Notes: a model not told the origin generated them from the letters alone. DNA of 64,000 nt from Capsulimonadaceae bacterium (GCA_965215505.1 OZ244065.1:1440001-1504000), one strand, 5' to 3'. Numbered from the stretch's first letter, positions 11,872-21,078 are shown. Numbers and translations are program-made.

Positions 11872-12432
11872 ATGCTCAGATTACACCTTCTGCTCATTCT
11901 CCTCCCTTTGTCTTTGCTGAACACTCTCGGCGCAGAAGCGGGGAGCCACAAAACGCCACCACGAACGACGTTTTATGGCAATGCACCTCTGAATGCCGAT
12001 GACGCAAGGCACATCCAGAACGACACTTTCACCATCGTTAAGACTGTTAGGGAAATGCCAACCCCTATCCAGGCTCTCCTCACACCCAATAGGAAACACC
12101 CCTTTAGTGGTATGGCCAATCCCGGCCAGGACTTTGAGCGAACGGATGCCATAAGAGGAAGGCGTTTGCCTTTCCAGAGGCTGATCTTTGCGGCGATGAA
12201 TGCCCACTATTGCCTGGTCTATTTCGAGCAGGGCGGCTTCGGCTACAGCGAGCGCGTCATCCTGTCCCGCCTTGAGAACGGGCGGGCGACGATGCGGTGG
12301 AGTGCGAACCTGTCAGACGGCAGGCGGTTCAGAACATTCCCCGAGCTGCGCGCGGCGATTAGAAACGGCAGACGTCATATATTCGCCGCTTCCTCATACC
12401 GCGCCAGCTTCTCCCGCCGGAACTCCGCGTAA
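11872..12432 (+). CDS. Secreted hypothetical protein (paralogue B)
   Basis: Signal peptide; shares IVKTVRE, GM..PGQ...TD, F.RLIFA, YCLVY.E.GG with paralogue A; 3' end overlaps tgt. Confidence 0.75.
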   Translation: MLRLHLLLILLPLSLLNTLGAEAGSHKTPPRTTFYGNAPLNADDARHIQNDTFTIVKTVREMPTPIQALLTPNRKHPFSGMANPGQDFERTDAIRGRRLPFQRLIFAAMNAHYCLVYFEQGGFGYSERVILSRLENGRATMRWSANLSDGRRFRTFPELRAAIRNGRRHIFAASSYRASFSRRNSA

Positions 12433-13505
12433 CGGTCGGCGGCGATGGCCTCCCGTATCCCCTCCATGAGAAATGCGTAGTGGGCGAGGTTGTGGTACGT
12501 CGCCAGGCGCGACGCCAGTATCTCGTCGCACTTGTACAGGTGCCGGAGATACGCCGCCGAGTAGCGGCGGCAGACGTTGCAGGAGCAGTCCGGGTCTACG
12601 GGGCCGAAGTCGTCGGTGTAGCGGCTCCCCTTGATGTTGATGCGCCCGCGCGTCGTGTAGAGCGTCCCGTTGCGGCCCAGGCGGGTCGGCAGGACGCAGT
12701 CGAACATGTCTATCCCCTGCGCGACGGCATCCAGGATGTCGCGCGGCATCCCGACCCCCATCAAGTAGCGCGGCTTGTGCGGCGGCAGAAATGGAACGCT
12801 CCAGCCGACGGCGGCCTGCATCATGTCCGGCGGCTCCCCCACCGAGACGCCGCCGACCGCGATGCCCGGCGTGTCCTGGGCCGCCACGAACTGCGCGCTC
12901 TCCGCCCGCAGGTGTTCATATGTCCCCCCCTGCGCGATGCCGAACAGTAGCGGACCCGTCTGCTGCGCGTCGTGGTAGGTCTTGCAGCGTTCCAGCCACC
13001 GGTGCGTCCGCTCGGTCGCTCCCCGCGTCGCCTCTTCGGCGCAGGGGTACGGCGGGCACTCGTCGAAGGCCATGATGATGTCCGCGCCCAGGGCGTGCTG
13101 CACCTCGATGGACCGCTCCGGGCTGAAAAAGTGTTCGCTCCCATCTAAATGGGATTTGAACTTGACGCCCTCCTCGGTGATCTTGCGAAGCTCTTCCAGG
13201 GAGAACACCTGGAAGCCGCCGCTGTCGGTCAGCATCGCGCCGTCCCAGGCGATGAACTCGTGCAGGCCGCCCGCCTTTCGCACCAGCTCATGGCCGGGCC
13301 GCAGGTACAGGTGATAGGTGTTGCCGAGGATGAGCCGGTAGCCAAGCTCCCACACCTCCTCCTGCGTCATGGCCTTGACCGTGCCGCGCGTGCCGACGGG
13401 CATGAAGACGGGGGTTTGGATGGGTCCGGGGGCGTGGGGCAGGGTCAGAAGCCCGCACCGTGCGCCGGTCTGCGACGAGCGGTGGGTGATGGAGAAGACG
13501 GTCAT
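12375..13505 (-). CDS. tgt: tRNA-guanine transglycosylase
   Basis: TPVFMPVGT, LGNTYHL, TDSGGFQV, DMFDCVLPTR, CxCxxC...H zinc site; ATG 13505. Confidence 0.97.
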   Translation of the reverse strand: MTVFSITHRSSQTGARCGLLTLPHAPGPIQTPVFMPVGTRGTVKAMTQEEVWELGYRLILGNTYHLYLRPGHELVRKAGGLHEFIAWDGAMLTDSGGFQVFSLEELRKITEEGVKFKSHLDGSEHFFSPERSIEVQHALGADIIMAFDECPPYPCAEEATRGATERTHRWLERCKTYHDAQQTGPLLFGIAQGGTYEHLRAESAQFVAAQDTPGIAVGGVSVGEPPDMMQAAVGWSVPFLPPHKPRYLMGVGMPRDILDAVAQGIDMFDCVLPTRLGRNGTLYTTRGRINIKGSRYTDDFGPVDPDCSCNVCRRYSAAYLRHLYKCDEILASRLATYHNLAHYAFLMEGIREAIAADRYAEFRREKLARYEEAANI

Positions 13506-13562
13506 GCCAGGGATTATACCCGAGGCCGTCTTGTCGGGGGGTGAGCGCACGGAGCATGGGGG

Positions 13563-13589
13563 GGGCGCAGCATCAGGCCGCGCCTCTAC
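13563..13589. repeat. Single GTAG-type REP (variant)
   Basis: GGGCGCAGCATCAGGCCGCGCCTCTAC, imperfect palindrome ending in CTAC. Confidence 0.5.
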
Positions 13590-13596
13590 CGACAGA

Positions 13597-13815
13597 TTAA
13601 ATGTCTTCCGGCTGGATGATGACGACTTTGCCGTCTCGCCAGGTGGAAGTGGTCACGCCTGTTTTCTTATGGTCAAGAACCGCCTCATGTCCAGCCTGCT
13701 GAATCAGTTCTGTCAGAAGATCAGTATCGGAGAAGAGGCGCTTCAATTCTGCGCGGGCGGCCAGCTTTTTCGTGTCTGGTTGCACATCAGGCTCTTGCGT
13801 GGACACACTACCCAT
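13597..13815 (-). CDS. Small partner protein of the zeta-toxin-like ATPase (putative antitoxin)
   Basis: 72 aa, overlaps the upstream stop; ...HKKTG...WRDGKVVII pattern typical of such partners. Confidence 0.7.
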   Translation of the reverse strand: MGSVSTQEPDVQPDTKKLAARAELKRLFSDTDLLTELIQQAGHEAVLDHKKTGVTTSTWRDGKVVIIQPEDI

Positions 13816-14389
13816 TGTCGGCGATTCCTTTCATCTGCTGCCAGGTTTCTAGCCTGTGAACGACTTCCGCCTGTCCCAGCCGCTGCTCTGCGACAAGCAA
13901 AGTTTTCCCACTCTCCGTGTTGTTGTAAGCGCGCCAGTCGTTGGCAAGTGGCTTATAGAGGTTGAAGAAGTTTTTCAGGCCAGCCACATAACGTCTGCGG
14001 ATCACGTCTTCGGGGATGTGGTGACCACCCCGCTGTACACGCTCGGCAACACGCTGGATGTTCAGTTCCGGGCTTGCGAGCCAGAAGAACAGCAGTTGAA
14101 ATTCATAGCCTGCTTCCTGTAGTCGCCTGACGCGGGGAGCGAGAGAACGGCTGGCGAGCGTCGTCTCGATGGCGAAATCCTCCCGCCGCCCCTCATGTTC
14201 GCCCATCGCGTTGATGAGTATACGGCTGGCCCGCGCGTCTTTGTTCTCACCTTCCACCTCCGGTAAGCCTTTGGCGATCTCGTCCGCGTTGATGTACGGG
14301 ACTTGATCTCCCAAGATGAGCGCGGCACTGGTGGACTTGCCGGAGCCGTTCCCGCCGCCGATAATGATGAACTGTGGGGGCAATGCCAT
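13808..14389 (-). CDS. Zeta-toxin-like P-loop kinase/ATPase
   Basis: IIGGGNGSGKST, INADEIA, FAIETTL, RVAERVQRGGHHIPEDVIRRRY; GGAG RBS before ATG 14389. Confidence 0.88.
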   Translation of the reverse strand: MALPPQFIIIGGGNGSGKSTSAALILGDQVPYINADEIAKGLPEVEGENKDARASRILINAMGEHEGRREDFAIETTLASRSLAPRVRRLQEAGYEFQLLFFWLASPELNIQRVAERVQRGGHHIPEDVIRRRYVAGLKNFFNLYKPLANDWRAYNNTESGKTLLVAEQRLGQAEVVHRLETWQQMKGIADNG

Positions 14390-14439
14390 TCCATGGTCTC
14401 CTCTGCGGCATTGTACCACGGGTGCAGCCCAAAAGAATA

Positions 14440-14464
14440 GGGCGAACACAAGGTTCACCCCCAC
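14440..14464. repeat. Single degenerate GTAG-type REP
   Basis: GGGCGAACACAAGGTTCACCCCCAC, palindrome with CTAC decayed to CCAC. Confidence 0.55.
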
Positions 14465-14481
14465 GGTCGGAGACAAACGGC

Positions 14482-14985
14482 CTACAGCGTGACCTTCTCG
14501 TTCTCGCCGGGCTGGGCTGGCTTGCCGGTGACGGCGACTTTCGCCAGGCTGACCAGATGGGCGATGGGGCTGGAAGGCGCGTCCCAGTATTCGGCCTGGT
14601 CGGCGTTTATCTTCAGCAGCGCGATGTCCGGCTCGTCCACGCCCTTCGGGAACCAGGCTTTCAGGGCAGGCTCCCATAGCTCCTCGATCTTGGCCTTGTC
14701 CCGGACCAGTTCGGCGCGGCCCGACAGGGAAACGTAGGTCTGCGTCTTGGGGTCCGAGAAGGCGACGTTGACGTGCGGCTTGTCCTCGATCTGGTGGACC
14801 TTGACCGACTCGCCGTAGGTGAAGAACCAGACGTCGCCGTCGAACTCCACCTTCTTGTTCGAGGACATCGGGCGCGAGTTCAGCCGGCCCTCCGCGTCTA
14901 TCGTCGTCAGCATTCCGAAGTCTATCTCTTTGATCAGCGCGGCGATCTTCTTCACCTCGTCCTGATGCTGGGCATGATCCGCCAT
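14482..14985 (-). CDS. General stress protein, pyridoxamine 5'-phosphate oxidase-like FMN-binding family
   Basis: MLTT....L.SRPM, VWFFT, YVSLSG.A, LW...KAWFP.G, AEYWD. Confidence 0.88.
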   Translation of the reverse strand: MADHAQHQDEVKKIAALIKEIDFGMLTTIDAEGRLNSRPMSSNKKVEFDGDVWFFTYGESVKVHQIEDKPHVNVAFSDPKTQTYVSLSGRAELVRDKAKIEELWEPALKAWFPKGVDEPDIALLKINADQAEYWDAPSSPIAHLVSLAKVAVTGKPAQPGENEKVTL

Positions 14986-15114
14986 TTTGGGTAAATCCTC
15001 TCTGAAAACGTACTCCTTCGGAAGTACCCACAAACGCGGACGGGGACAACATGGCCCGCCGCGACAGAACGAGGCACCCCCATTAACACCCACTGGTTAC
15101 GGACAGGGGCGGCC

Positions 15115-16368
15115 TTGGCCGTCTTCTGCCTGCTGCTCGCGTTGCGCGTCGCCAATGCCGACGCGCCGCCGACCACTTCCCCGCCGCCCGCCGTGGACCC
15201 GGCCTTTTACGACTACGACGCCGCCGCGCCGTTCCCCGTGACCGAGAAGCCGTTTGAAGTCCAGGACGGCATCCCCATCACCCGGCTGACTTATCCCAGC
15301 CCGTTCGTCTCGCCCTATGCCGTCAACAACACCGTCACGGCCTACTTCTTCCAGCCTCCGGGGCTGGGTCCCCACCCCGCCATGGTGGTGCTGCACGAGT
15401 GGAACGCCGGCTCGACGGTGGGCGCGTTCAAGCTGGCGCAGGCCGCTGTCAGCGCCGGGGTGGCCGCGCTCGTGGTCGTCGAGCCGTACAGCCTGAACCG
15501 CAAGCCGCGTGGGCCGCAGTACGATGGTCGGGATGACACGGAGATATTGTCGGGGAACGTGCCGCACATGGTCAGCGCATTGCGGCAGGCCGTTCTGGAC
15601 TCGCGCCGGGGGCTGGACTACCTGGCGCGACGGCCGGACATTGACCCGAACCGGCTGGGCATCGCGGGCATCAGCCTGGGCGGCATCCTCAGCGGCCTGA
15701 CGGCGGGCGTGGACCCGCGCATCAAGGTAGTCATCACGATCGTCGGCGGCGCGGACTTCGCCAAGGGCTTCTGGGACGGCATCGCGACGCGCCAGTACCG
15801 GCGCGAGATTCTCCGCAGCGGCTACACCTATGAGACTTATCAGGCTGCGATGGCCCCAGTGGACGCCGCGAGTTGGCTTCCCAAGCGGCACTTCAACCCC
15901 GAAGACGTGTTGATGATCAACGGGCGCTATGATCTGGTCGTCCTGCCGGACGGCGCGAAGGCGCTGGCCAAAGACTTCAGCGGGACGAAGATCGTCTGGC
16001 TCAACACGGGCCACTATGGGGCCGCCTCGGCGGCGGACGCGGCGGCGGAGTTGGGTCGGCAGTTCCTGCGCGCCCGCTTCTTCGGCGAGACGGCGGGCTT
16101 CCGCCGCCCCGACGGCCTGCCCGCCCGGACGATCAAGCTGGGCCTGCTGCTCGGCGGCCACGAAGGAGTCAGCCCGGTCATCGCCGCCCCGCTCATTAAC
16201 CTCGACGGGCCGGGCCGCTACACTGTTGACGGACAGGTCACACTGCACGGGCTGTCGCTTGCGGCCTCGGCGCGCATCGGCCTGATCTCCTCCGTCGGCG
16301 TCGAGTTCCCCCTGCTTCACGGGCAGGTCAGGCCGCGCCCGTTCGTGATGTTCAGCATCACGCTTTAG
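15115..16368 (+). CDS. Secreted alpha/beta hydrolase with a C-terminal beta-rich extension
   Basis: GISLGG nucleophile elbow, GRYDLVV (Asp), TGHY (His); start uncertain. Confidence 0.82.
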   Translation: MAVFCLLLALRVANADAPPTTSPPPAVDPAFYDYDAAAPFPVTEKPFEVQDGIPITRLTYPSPFVSPYAVNNTVTAYFFQPPGLGPHPAMVVLHEWNAGSTVGAFKLAQAAVSAGVAALVVVEPYSLNRKPRGPQYDGRDDTEILSGNVPHMVSALRQAVLDSRRGLDYLARRPDIDPNRLGIAGISLGGILSGLTAGVDPRIKVVITIVGGADFAKGFWDGIATRQYRREILRSGYTYETYQAAMAPVDAASWLPKRHFNPEDVLMINGRYDLVVLPDGAKALAKDFSGTKIVWLNTGHYGAASAADAAAELGRQFLRARFFGETAGFRRPDGLPARTIKLGLLLGGHEGVSPVIAAPLINLDGPGRYTVDGQVTLHGLSLAASARIGLISSVGVEFPLLHGQVRPRPFVMFSITL

Positions 16369-16687
16369 CGCCAGGTGCCAGCCGTCGCCGAATCTCCTGG
16401 ACGGCGTGTGTTCCGCCGACGGCGATGACGAACACGGCCAGGGCGTAGACCCACCAGGGCAGGCCGCGTCCGAAGGCGAAGACGTAGGTGTAGGGAAGGA
16501 ACCAGAAGAAAACGCCCAGCGCGACCACGCCCGCCGCCGGCTGCTTCCGGCGGACGCGGGCGGCCAGCCACGCCATCGTCCCCCAGAACAGCGGGTGGTG
16601 GGCCAGGTACAGCACGGCGAACAGAACGGGATTAACCCCGTAGTGCCCGCCGATTTCAGTGATATGCCGCCAGAGTGTTTGTGTCAT
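16358..16687 (-). CDS. Small membrane protein
   Basis: 109 aa with about three hydrophobic helices, high GC3. Confidence 0.7.
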   Translation of the reverse strand: MTQTLWRHITEIGGHYGVNPVLFAVLYLAHHPLFWGTMAWLAARVRRKQPAAGVVALGVFFWFLPYTYVFAFGRGLPWWVYALAVFVIAVGGTHAVQEIRRRLAPGAKA

Positions 16688-16756
16688 GTCACTGATGTCA
16701 TGGGCCGGCTGCTGAGGGTGCGAGAACAGGCCAGGCGAGCAGGCCAAAGGGGATGA

Positions 16757-16905
16757 GGACGAGTGAATGAATTCACTCGCTCCAGTCGGATTTGTCCAGG
16801 GGACAACAGAACGGAACAATCCCGAACGTCCGCCTGTCCTCGGTGTTCTTCTCTTCCGTCCCCTGGACGGGTCCGGCGGAAGCGAGTGAATTCATTCACT
16901 CGTCC
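16757..16905. repeat. Family-B palindromic element, complete doublet
   Basis: Two inverted arms of about 48 bp (GTCCCCTGGAC...GCGAGTGAATTCATTCACTCGTCC) around a spacer of about 53 bp. Confidence 0.85.
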
Positions 16906-16967
16906 GGCACCCCGCCCGCTCCGGTGCCCCGGCTCACTTGCCGCAGTCGCGGCTGGCATCAATTGTC

Positions 16968-17624
16968 TCAATCAAACGGGATCGCGGGTGGCGGCAGGAG
17001 TGAGCCGGCGGCGCGGCAGGCGTCGAAGTAAGCCGTAACCTGTTCGCCCGTGGTCGCGGCATACTCGCCAGAGCCGGGGAACAGCTCGGGGGCCACGACG
17101 AGCGGCGCGGGGAACGACAGGGCCAGTGCGCCGAGCAGGCCGGTGACCAGCGCGCACTCCTGCTCCGTCGCAAAGGCCACCCGCACCAGGTGGGTCAGGT
17201 CGAGGCCATATTGGACCAGCACTTCCAGACTCGGGAAGCGGCCGGTGTCCGCATGACGCCGCAGCAGCGCCTCCTTCTCCGCCGGGTCCGTCACAGGCTG
17301 GCATGCGGCGCGCGGGCGCCAGGCTTTCGTGTTGTACGGGAGGAGCGCCACCTGGGGCAGCGCCAGGACGGCCCTGCGGTCAAAAAGCAGCAGCGCGTGC
17401 GGGTAGCCCCGCCGCAGCTTGTCCCGCAGCAGCGGCGTGTCGGGAGCCAGAGACAGATGCACCCAGTCCGCCAGGCCGAGCATCCGGTCGCGCCGCGCCG
17501 CCGTCGCGCGGGGCGTGATGCCGGACGCGGCGAGGACACTTTGGGCGTACAAGGCACCGTCCTGCACAATGTGCGGGATGTAATGCAGCGGCGTCGTGTG
17601 GTAAAGGAGCGGGCCGCCGTCCAT
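16968..17624 (-). CDS. DarT-like (DUF4433) ADP-ribosyltransferase-fold protein
   Basis: LYHTT..Y...I..DG.L, LADWVHLSL...TPLL and SLEVLV line up with the DarT motifs YHIT..NL..I...G.L, DYVPFYF...PML and QAEFLV; GGAGG RBS. Confidence 0.7.
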   Translation of the reverse strand: MDGGPLLYHTTPLHYIPHIVQDGALYAQSVLAASGITPRATAARRDRMLGLADWVHLSLAPDTPLLRDKLRRGYPHALLLFDRRAVLALPQVALLPYNTKAWRPRAACQPVTDPAEKEALLRRHADTGRFPSLEVLVQYGLDLTHLVRVAFATEQECALVTGLLGALALSFPAPLVVAPELFPGSGEYAATTGEQVTAYFDACRAAGSLLPPPAIPFD

Positions 17625-17628
17625 GCCG

Positions 17629-19245
17629 TCAAGCCTCCCCGAGCATGCCGTCCTGTTCGCGGCGCGCGGCGGCGAAGGCGGCGACGCAGGCCGGGTCCCA
17701 CTGTATCCCCGCGCCTTCCTCCAGGATCTGGAGGGCACGGGGGACATCCATCCCCTTGCGGTAGGGCCGGTCCGTGGTCATGGCGGAGAAGGCATCGGCC
17801 ACGGCCATGATCCGGGCCGGGAGGGGCGTCTGGTCCCCCGCCAGCCCGAAGGGGTAGCCCAGCCCGTCCCAGCGCTCGTGGTGGTGGCGGACGGCGTCCA
17901 GGGCCGCCTCGAATCCCGGCACGGCCCCGACGATGATCGCCCCCATCATCGGGTGCTGTTTGATCGCCTCAAACTCTTCTTCCGTCAGCCTCCCTGGCTT
18001 CCGCAGGATGTGGTCGGGGACGCCGATCTTGCCCACGTCGTGCAGCAGGGCGGCCAGGAGCATTTCCCCCTGCTCCTTCCCCCCCAGGCCCATCTCCTGG
18101 GCGATCTGGAGGCTGTAGGCCATGACGTCTTCGGAATGACGGCGCGTGTAGCGGTCCTTGGCGTCCACCGCCGTCACCAGCGCGTTCAGCATTGAGAGGT
18201 CAGCCGGGGCGCACGGGAGCAGTGCGCGCAGCCGGTCGGTCAGGTCCCCGCGCCCGGTCCCGCCGGTCTTGACGCGGGCAAGCCGCGCGTCCGCCGCCGC
18301 CAGGGCGTCCAGCCGCTTGGGGCCGTCGTCGGGGAACACGGCGATGCCGATGGAGAGGGTCAGCGGGATGACCGCGTCGTAGCCGTCAGGCCTATAGCCC
18401 GTCCCGGCGAGACTCGCCACCAGGCGGTCCGCCAGCCGCACCGCCCCCTCGGCCCCCAAGCCCGGCAGCAGCAGGGCGAACTCGTCGCCGCCATAGCGGG
18501 CCAGAGTGTCGCCCGGCCGGCAGGCGGCGCTCAAAGCCTGGCCGACCTGCCGCAGAAGGTCGTCGCCCACGGAATGGCCGTAGCCGTCGTTGAAGAACCG
18601 GAAGTTATCCAGGTCCATCATGGCAATGGCGAGCGGCAGCCCGCTCCGGCGGGCCGCCTCGGCCTCCTGCTCCAGACGCTTGTGGAATGCCCGGTGGTTC
18701 AGCAGGCCCGTGAGCGGGTCCCGATCGGCCCGCTCGACGGCCTCGGTGAGCAGGCGCCTGGTCTGCGCCAGGAGCAGGTGGGTGTGGTCAATCGGGGCGG
18801 CGTCACGCAGCGTGACGAGCCAGAGCGGGGGGGTGTGGGAAGGAGGGGAGACGGGCAGCGGGCTGATGTCGAGCAGGACGAGGAGGGGCCGGCCAGCGCA
18901 TTCGCCGGCCAGCGCCTCGCCTCGCACCGGCAGCCCGGCCGCAAGGCAGGAGCGCACGCGCTCTGCCAGTGCAGGCTGGGTCAGCGCGTCCCGGAAAGCA
19001 TCCAGCGCCTGGGCGAGTGTCCGGCCGCAGGCGGGATCGCAGAGGCCCATCCGCAGGCAGGCAGGGTTGGCGTAGACGATACGCAGGGCACCGAACTCGG
19101 GGGCGGACGCCTCGACCACCAGCGTCGCGTCCCGTGCCTGACTCAGCAGCGTTTCCAGCAGGCCCGCCTGCGCGTCGGGGCCGCCGGGGATGCCAATCGC
19201 CGGGGGAGTGCGCGCAGTCGTCTCGGGTGTGGCACCGCTGAACAT
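17629..19245 (-). CDS. PAS-like + GGDEF + HD-GYP c-di-GMP metabolism protein
   Basis: DPLTGLLN, DLDNF, RPGD I-site, GGDEF; LHDVGK, HHERWDGLGYP. Confidence 0.93.
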   Translation of the reverse strand: MFSGATPETTARTPPAIGIPGGPDAQAGLLETLLSQARDATLVVEASAPEFGALRIVYANPACLRMGLCDPACGRTLAQALDAFRDALTQPALAERVRSCLAAGLPVRGEALAGECAGRPLLVLLDISPLPVSPPSHTPPLWLVTLRDAAPIDHTHLLLAQTRRLLTEAVERADRDPLTGLLNHRAFHKRLEQEAEAARRSGLPLAIAMMDLDNFRFFNDGYGHSVGDDLLRQVGQALSAACRPGDTLARYGGDEFALLLPGLGAEGAVRLADRLVASLAGTGYRPDGYDAVIPLTLSIGIAVFPDDGPKRLDALAAADARLARVKTGGTGRGDLTDRLRALLPCAPADLSMLNALVTAVDAKDRYTRRHSEDVMAYSLQIAQEMGLGGKEQGEMLLAALLHDVGKIGVPDHILRKPGRLTEEEFEAIKQHPMMGAIIVGAVPGFEAALDAVRHHHERWDGLGYPFGLAGDQTPLPARIMAVADAFSAMTTDRPYRKGMDVPRALQILEEGAGIQWDPACVAAFAAARREQDGMLGEA

Positions 19246-19389
19246 GGATTAGCCCCAACATCAGGCCGTCAAAGTCTTGCGTGTCCAGCAAGACACGGGC
19301 GCCTGGGCCGAACAAGAACGCCACTGCCATTGTCGGCTGTTACGGCGCAATACTTCAGCCCCGGCGCAGAACGCCGGGGCGGCTCACCG

Positions 19390-21000
19390 TCACCAGCCGC
19401 CCTTCTTGGCCCGCTCCGGCAGCGGGTGCGCTTCCAAGTACTCGTCGTAGGTGCCGCGGAAGTCCAGCAGGCCATCTTCCGTGAACGACAGGATGCGCGT
19501 CGCCATCTCGGAGATCAGGTCCCGGTCGTGCGAAACGACGAAGGCCGTCCCGGCGAACTGCGACAGCCCTTCGGCCAGTGCCGAGACCGCCTCCAGATCG
19601 AGGTGGTTGGTCGGCTCGTCAAAGATCAACACCGGACTCTTCTCCAGCATCAGCTTCGCCATCAGCAGCCGAGCCGCCTCGCCCCCGGATAGCGCCTCGG
19701 TCAGCTTCAGACTCTCGTCGCCCTTAAACAACATCTGGCCGAGCAGGCCGCGCACGAACTGCTGCCCCTGGTTCTCCTCGTCAAAGCCCATCACCCAATC
19801 CAGGGCAAGGACGCCCGAAGGGATGCCGCTGCGGTAGTCCTGCGGGTAGTAGCCCCAGGTCATGCCCGTCCCCCACTTGACCGTGCCGGCGTCCGGCATC
19901 AGGTCCCCGACCAGGCAGCGGATGAGCGTCGTCTTGCCCACGCCGTTCGGGCCGATAATTGCCACTTTCTCGCCCCGCGAAACCTCAAAACTAATGTCCT
20001 TTAGAACGCACTGCCCGTCGAACGACTTGGACAGCCCCGCGACAGTGACGACCTCGCGGCCCGACGGCTTCCGCTGCTCGAACCGGATGTAGGGGCGCGA
20101 GATGTTGGACTTCTTCATCTCGGTCGGCGCGAGCCGGGCCATCTCCTTGCGGCGCGACTGCACCTGGGACGACCGCTGGCCGGCCGCGAAGCGGTTAACG
20201 AACTCCTGGAGTTGGGCGATCTTCTTGCCCTTGTCCTTGTTGTCGTTCTCGATCCTTTGCCGCGCCTGCATCTTGTGTTCCACCATGTCGTCGTAGGAGC
20301 CGGGGTAGTTGATGATGGTGTCGTAATCAATGTCGGCGATGTGGGTGCAGACCGCATTCAGAAAGTGCCGGTCGTGCGAGATGACGATCAAGGTGCCTTT
20401 ATAATCCAGCAGGAATTCTTCCAGCCAGTGGATCGTCTCCAGGTCCATGTAGTTGGTCGGCTCATCCAGCAGCAGGGCGTCGGACCCGCCGAACAGGGCC
20501 TGGGCCAGCAGGACGCGGAACTTGTAGTCGTTGGGCAGGCTCGCCATCAGGTCGGAATGCTTGTCATCGGGGATGCCGATGCCGCGCAGCATCTCGGCTG
20601 CCTCCATCTCGGCCTCGTAGCCGTTCTCATCCGCGATCATCGTTTCCAGGTCCCCCAGACGCTCCATCATGGCGTCGGTGAACTCCTCCGCCTCGCAGAG
20701 CGCGTTGCGCTCCTTCAAGGCGTTCCAGAGGGTCGGGTTGCCCATCATGACCGTGTCGATGATGCGCTCGCCGTCGAAGGCGTTCTGGTTCTGGCTCAGG
20801 ACGCCGACCTTGCGCGGGCGGCTGACCGTCCCCCGGTTGGTCGGGTCAATCTCGCCGGTCAGGATTTTCATGAATGTGGACTTGCCCGCCCCGTTGGGGC
20901 CGGTCAGGCCGTAACGGTTGCCGGGCGTGAATTTGACGGAAACCTGGTCGAAAAGGGTGCGCGTTCCGTATGACTTGGAAACGTCCTGGACGGTGATCAT
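19390..21000 (-). CDS. ABC-F family ATPase (YbiT-like)
   Basis: Two ABC cassettes (GPNGAGKST, LLLDEPTN; GPNGVGKTT, LSGGE, FDEPTNHLD), no transmembrane segments. Confidence 0.93.
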   Translation of the reverse strand: MITVQDVSKSYGTRTLFDQVSVKFTPGNRYGLTGPNGAGKSTFMKILTGEIDPTNRGTVSRPRKVGVLSQNQNAFDGERIIDTVMMGNPTLWNALKERNALCEAEEFTDAMMERLGDLETMIADENGYEAEMEAAEMLRGIGIPDDKHSDLMASLPNDYKFRVLLAQALFGGSDALLLDEPTNYMDLETIHWLEEFLLDYKGTLIVISHDRHFLNAVCTHIADIDYDTIINYPGSYDDMVEHKMQARQRIENDNKDKGKKIAQLQEFVNRFAAGQRSSQVQSRRKEMARLAPTEMKKSNISRPYIRFEQRKPSGREVVTVAGLSKSFDGQCVLKDISFEVSRGEKVAIIGPNGVGKTTLIRCLVGDLMPDAGTVKWGTGMTWGYYPQDYRSGIPSGVLALDWVMGFDEENQGQQFVRGLLGQMLFKGDESLKLTEALSGGEAARLLMAKLMLEKSPVLIFDEPTNHLDLEAVSALAEGLSQFAGTAFVVSHDRDLISEMATRILSFTEDGLLDFRGTYDEYLEAHPLPERAKKGGW

Positions 21001-21078
21001 GACAATATATTCCCTGTAAAACGTACTTGGTGAGTTCGCGTTGATTATACCCCAGCTTTTTCGCGGCAGCGGGGCGGA

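Noticed and set aside
13808-15052. 414-aa ORF as one protein
   Set aside because: The N-terminal half overlaps the stress-protein gene in another frame; the real start is 14389 with an SD.
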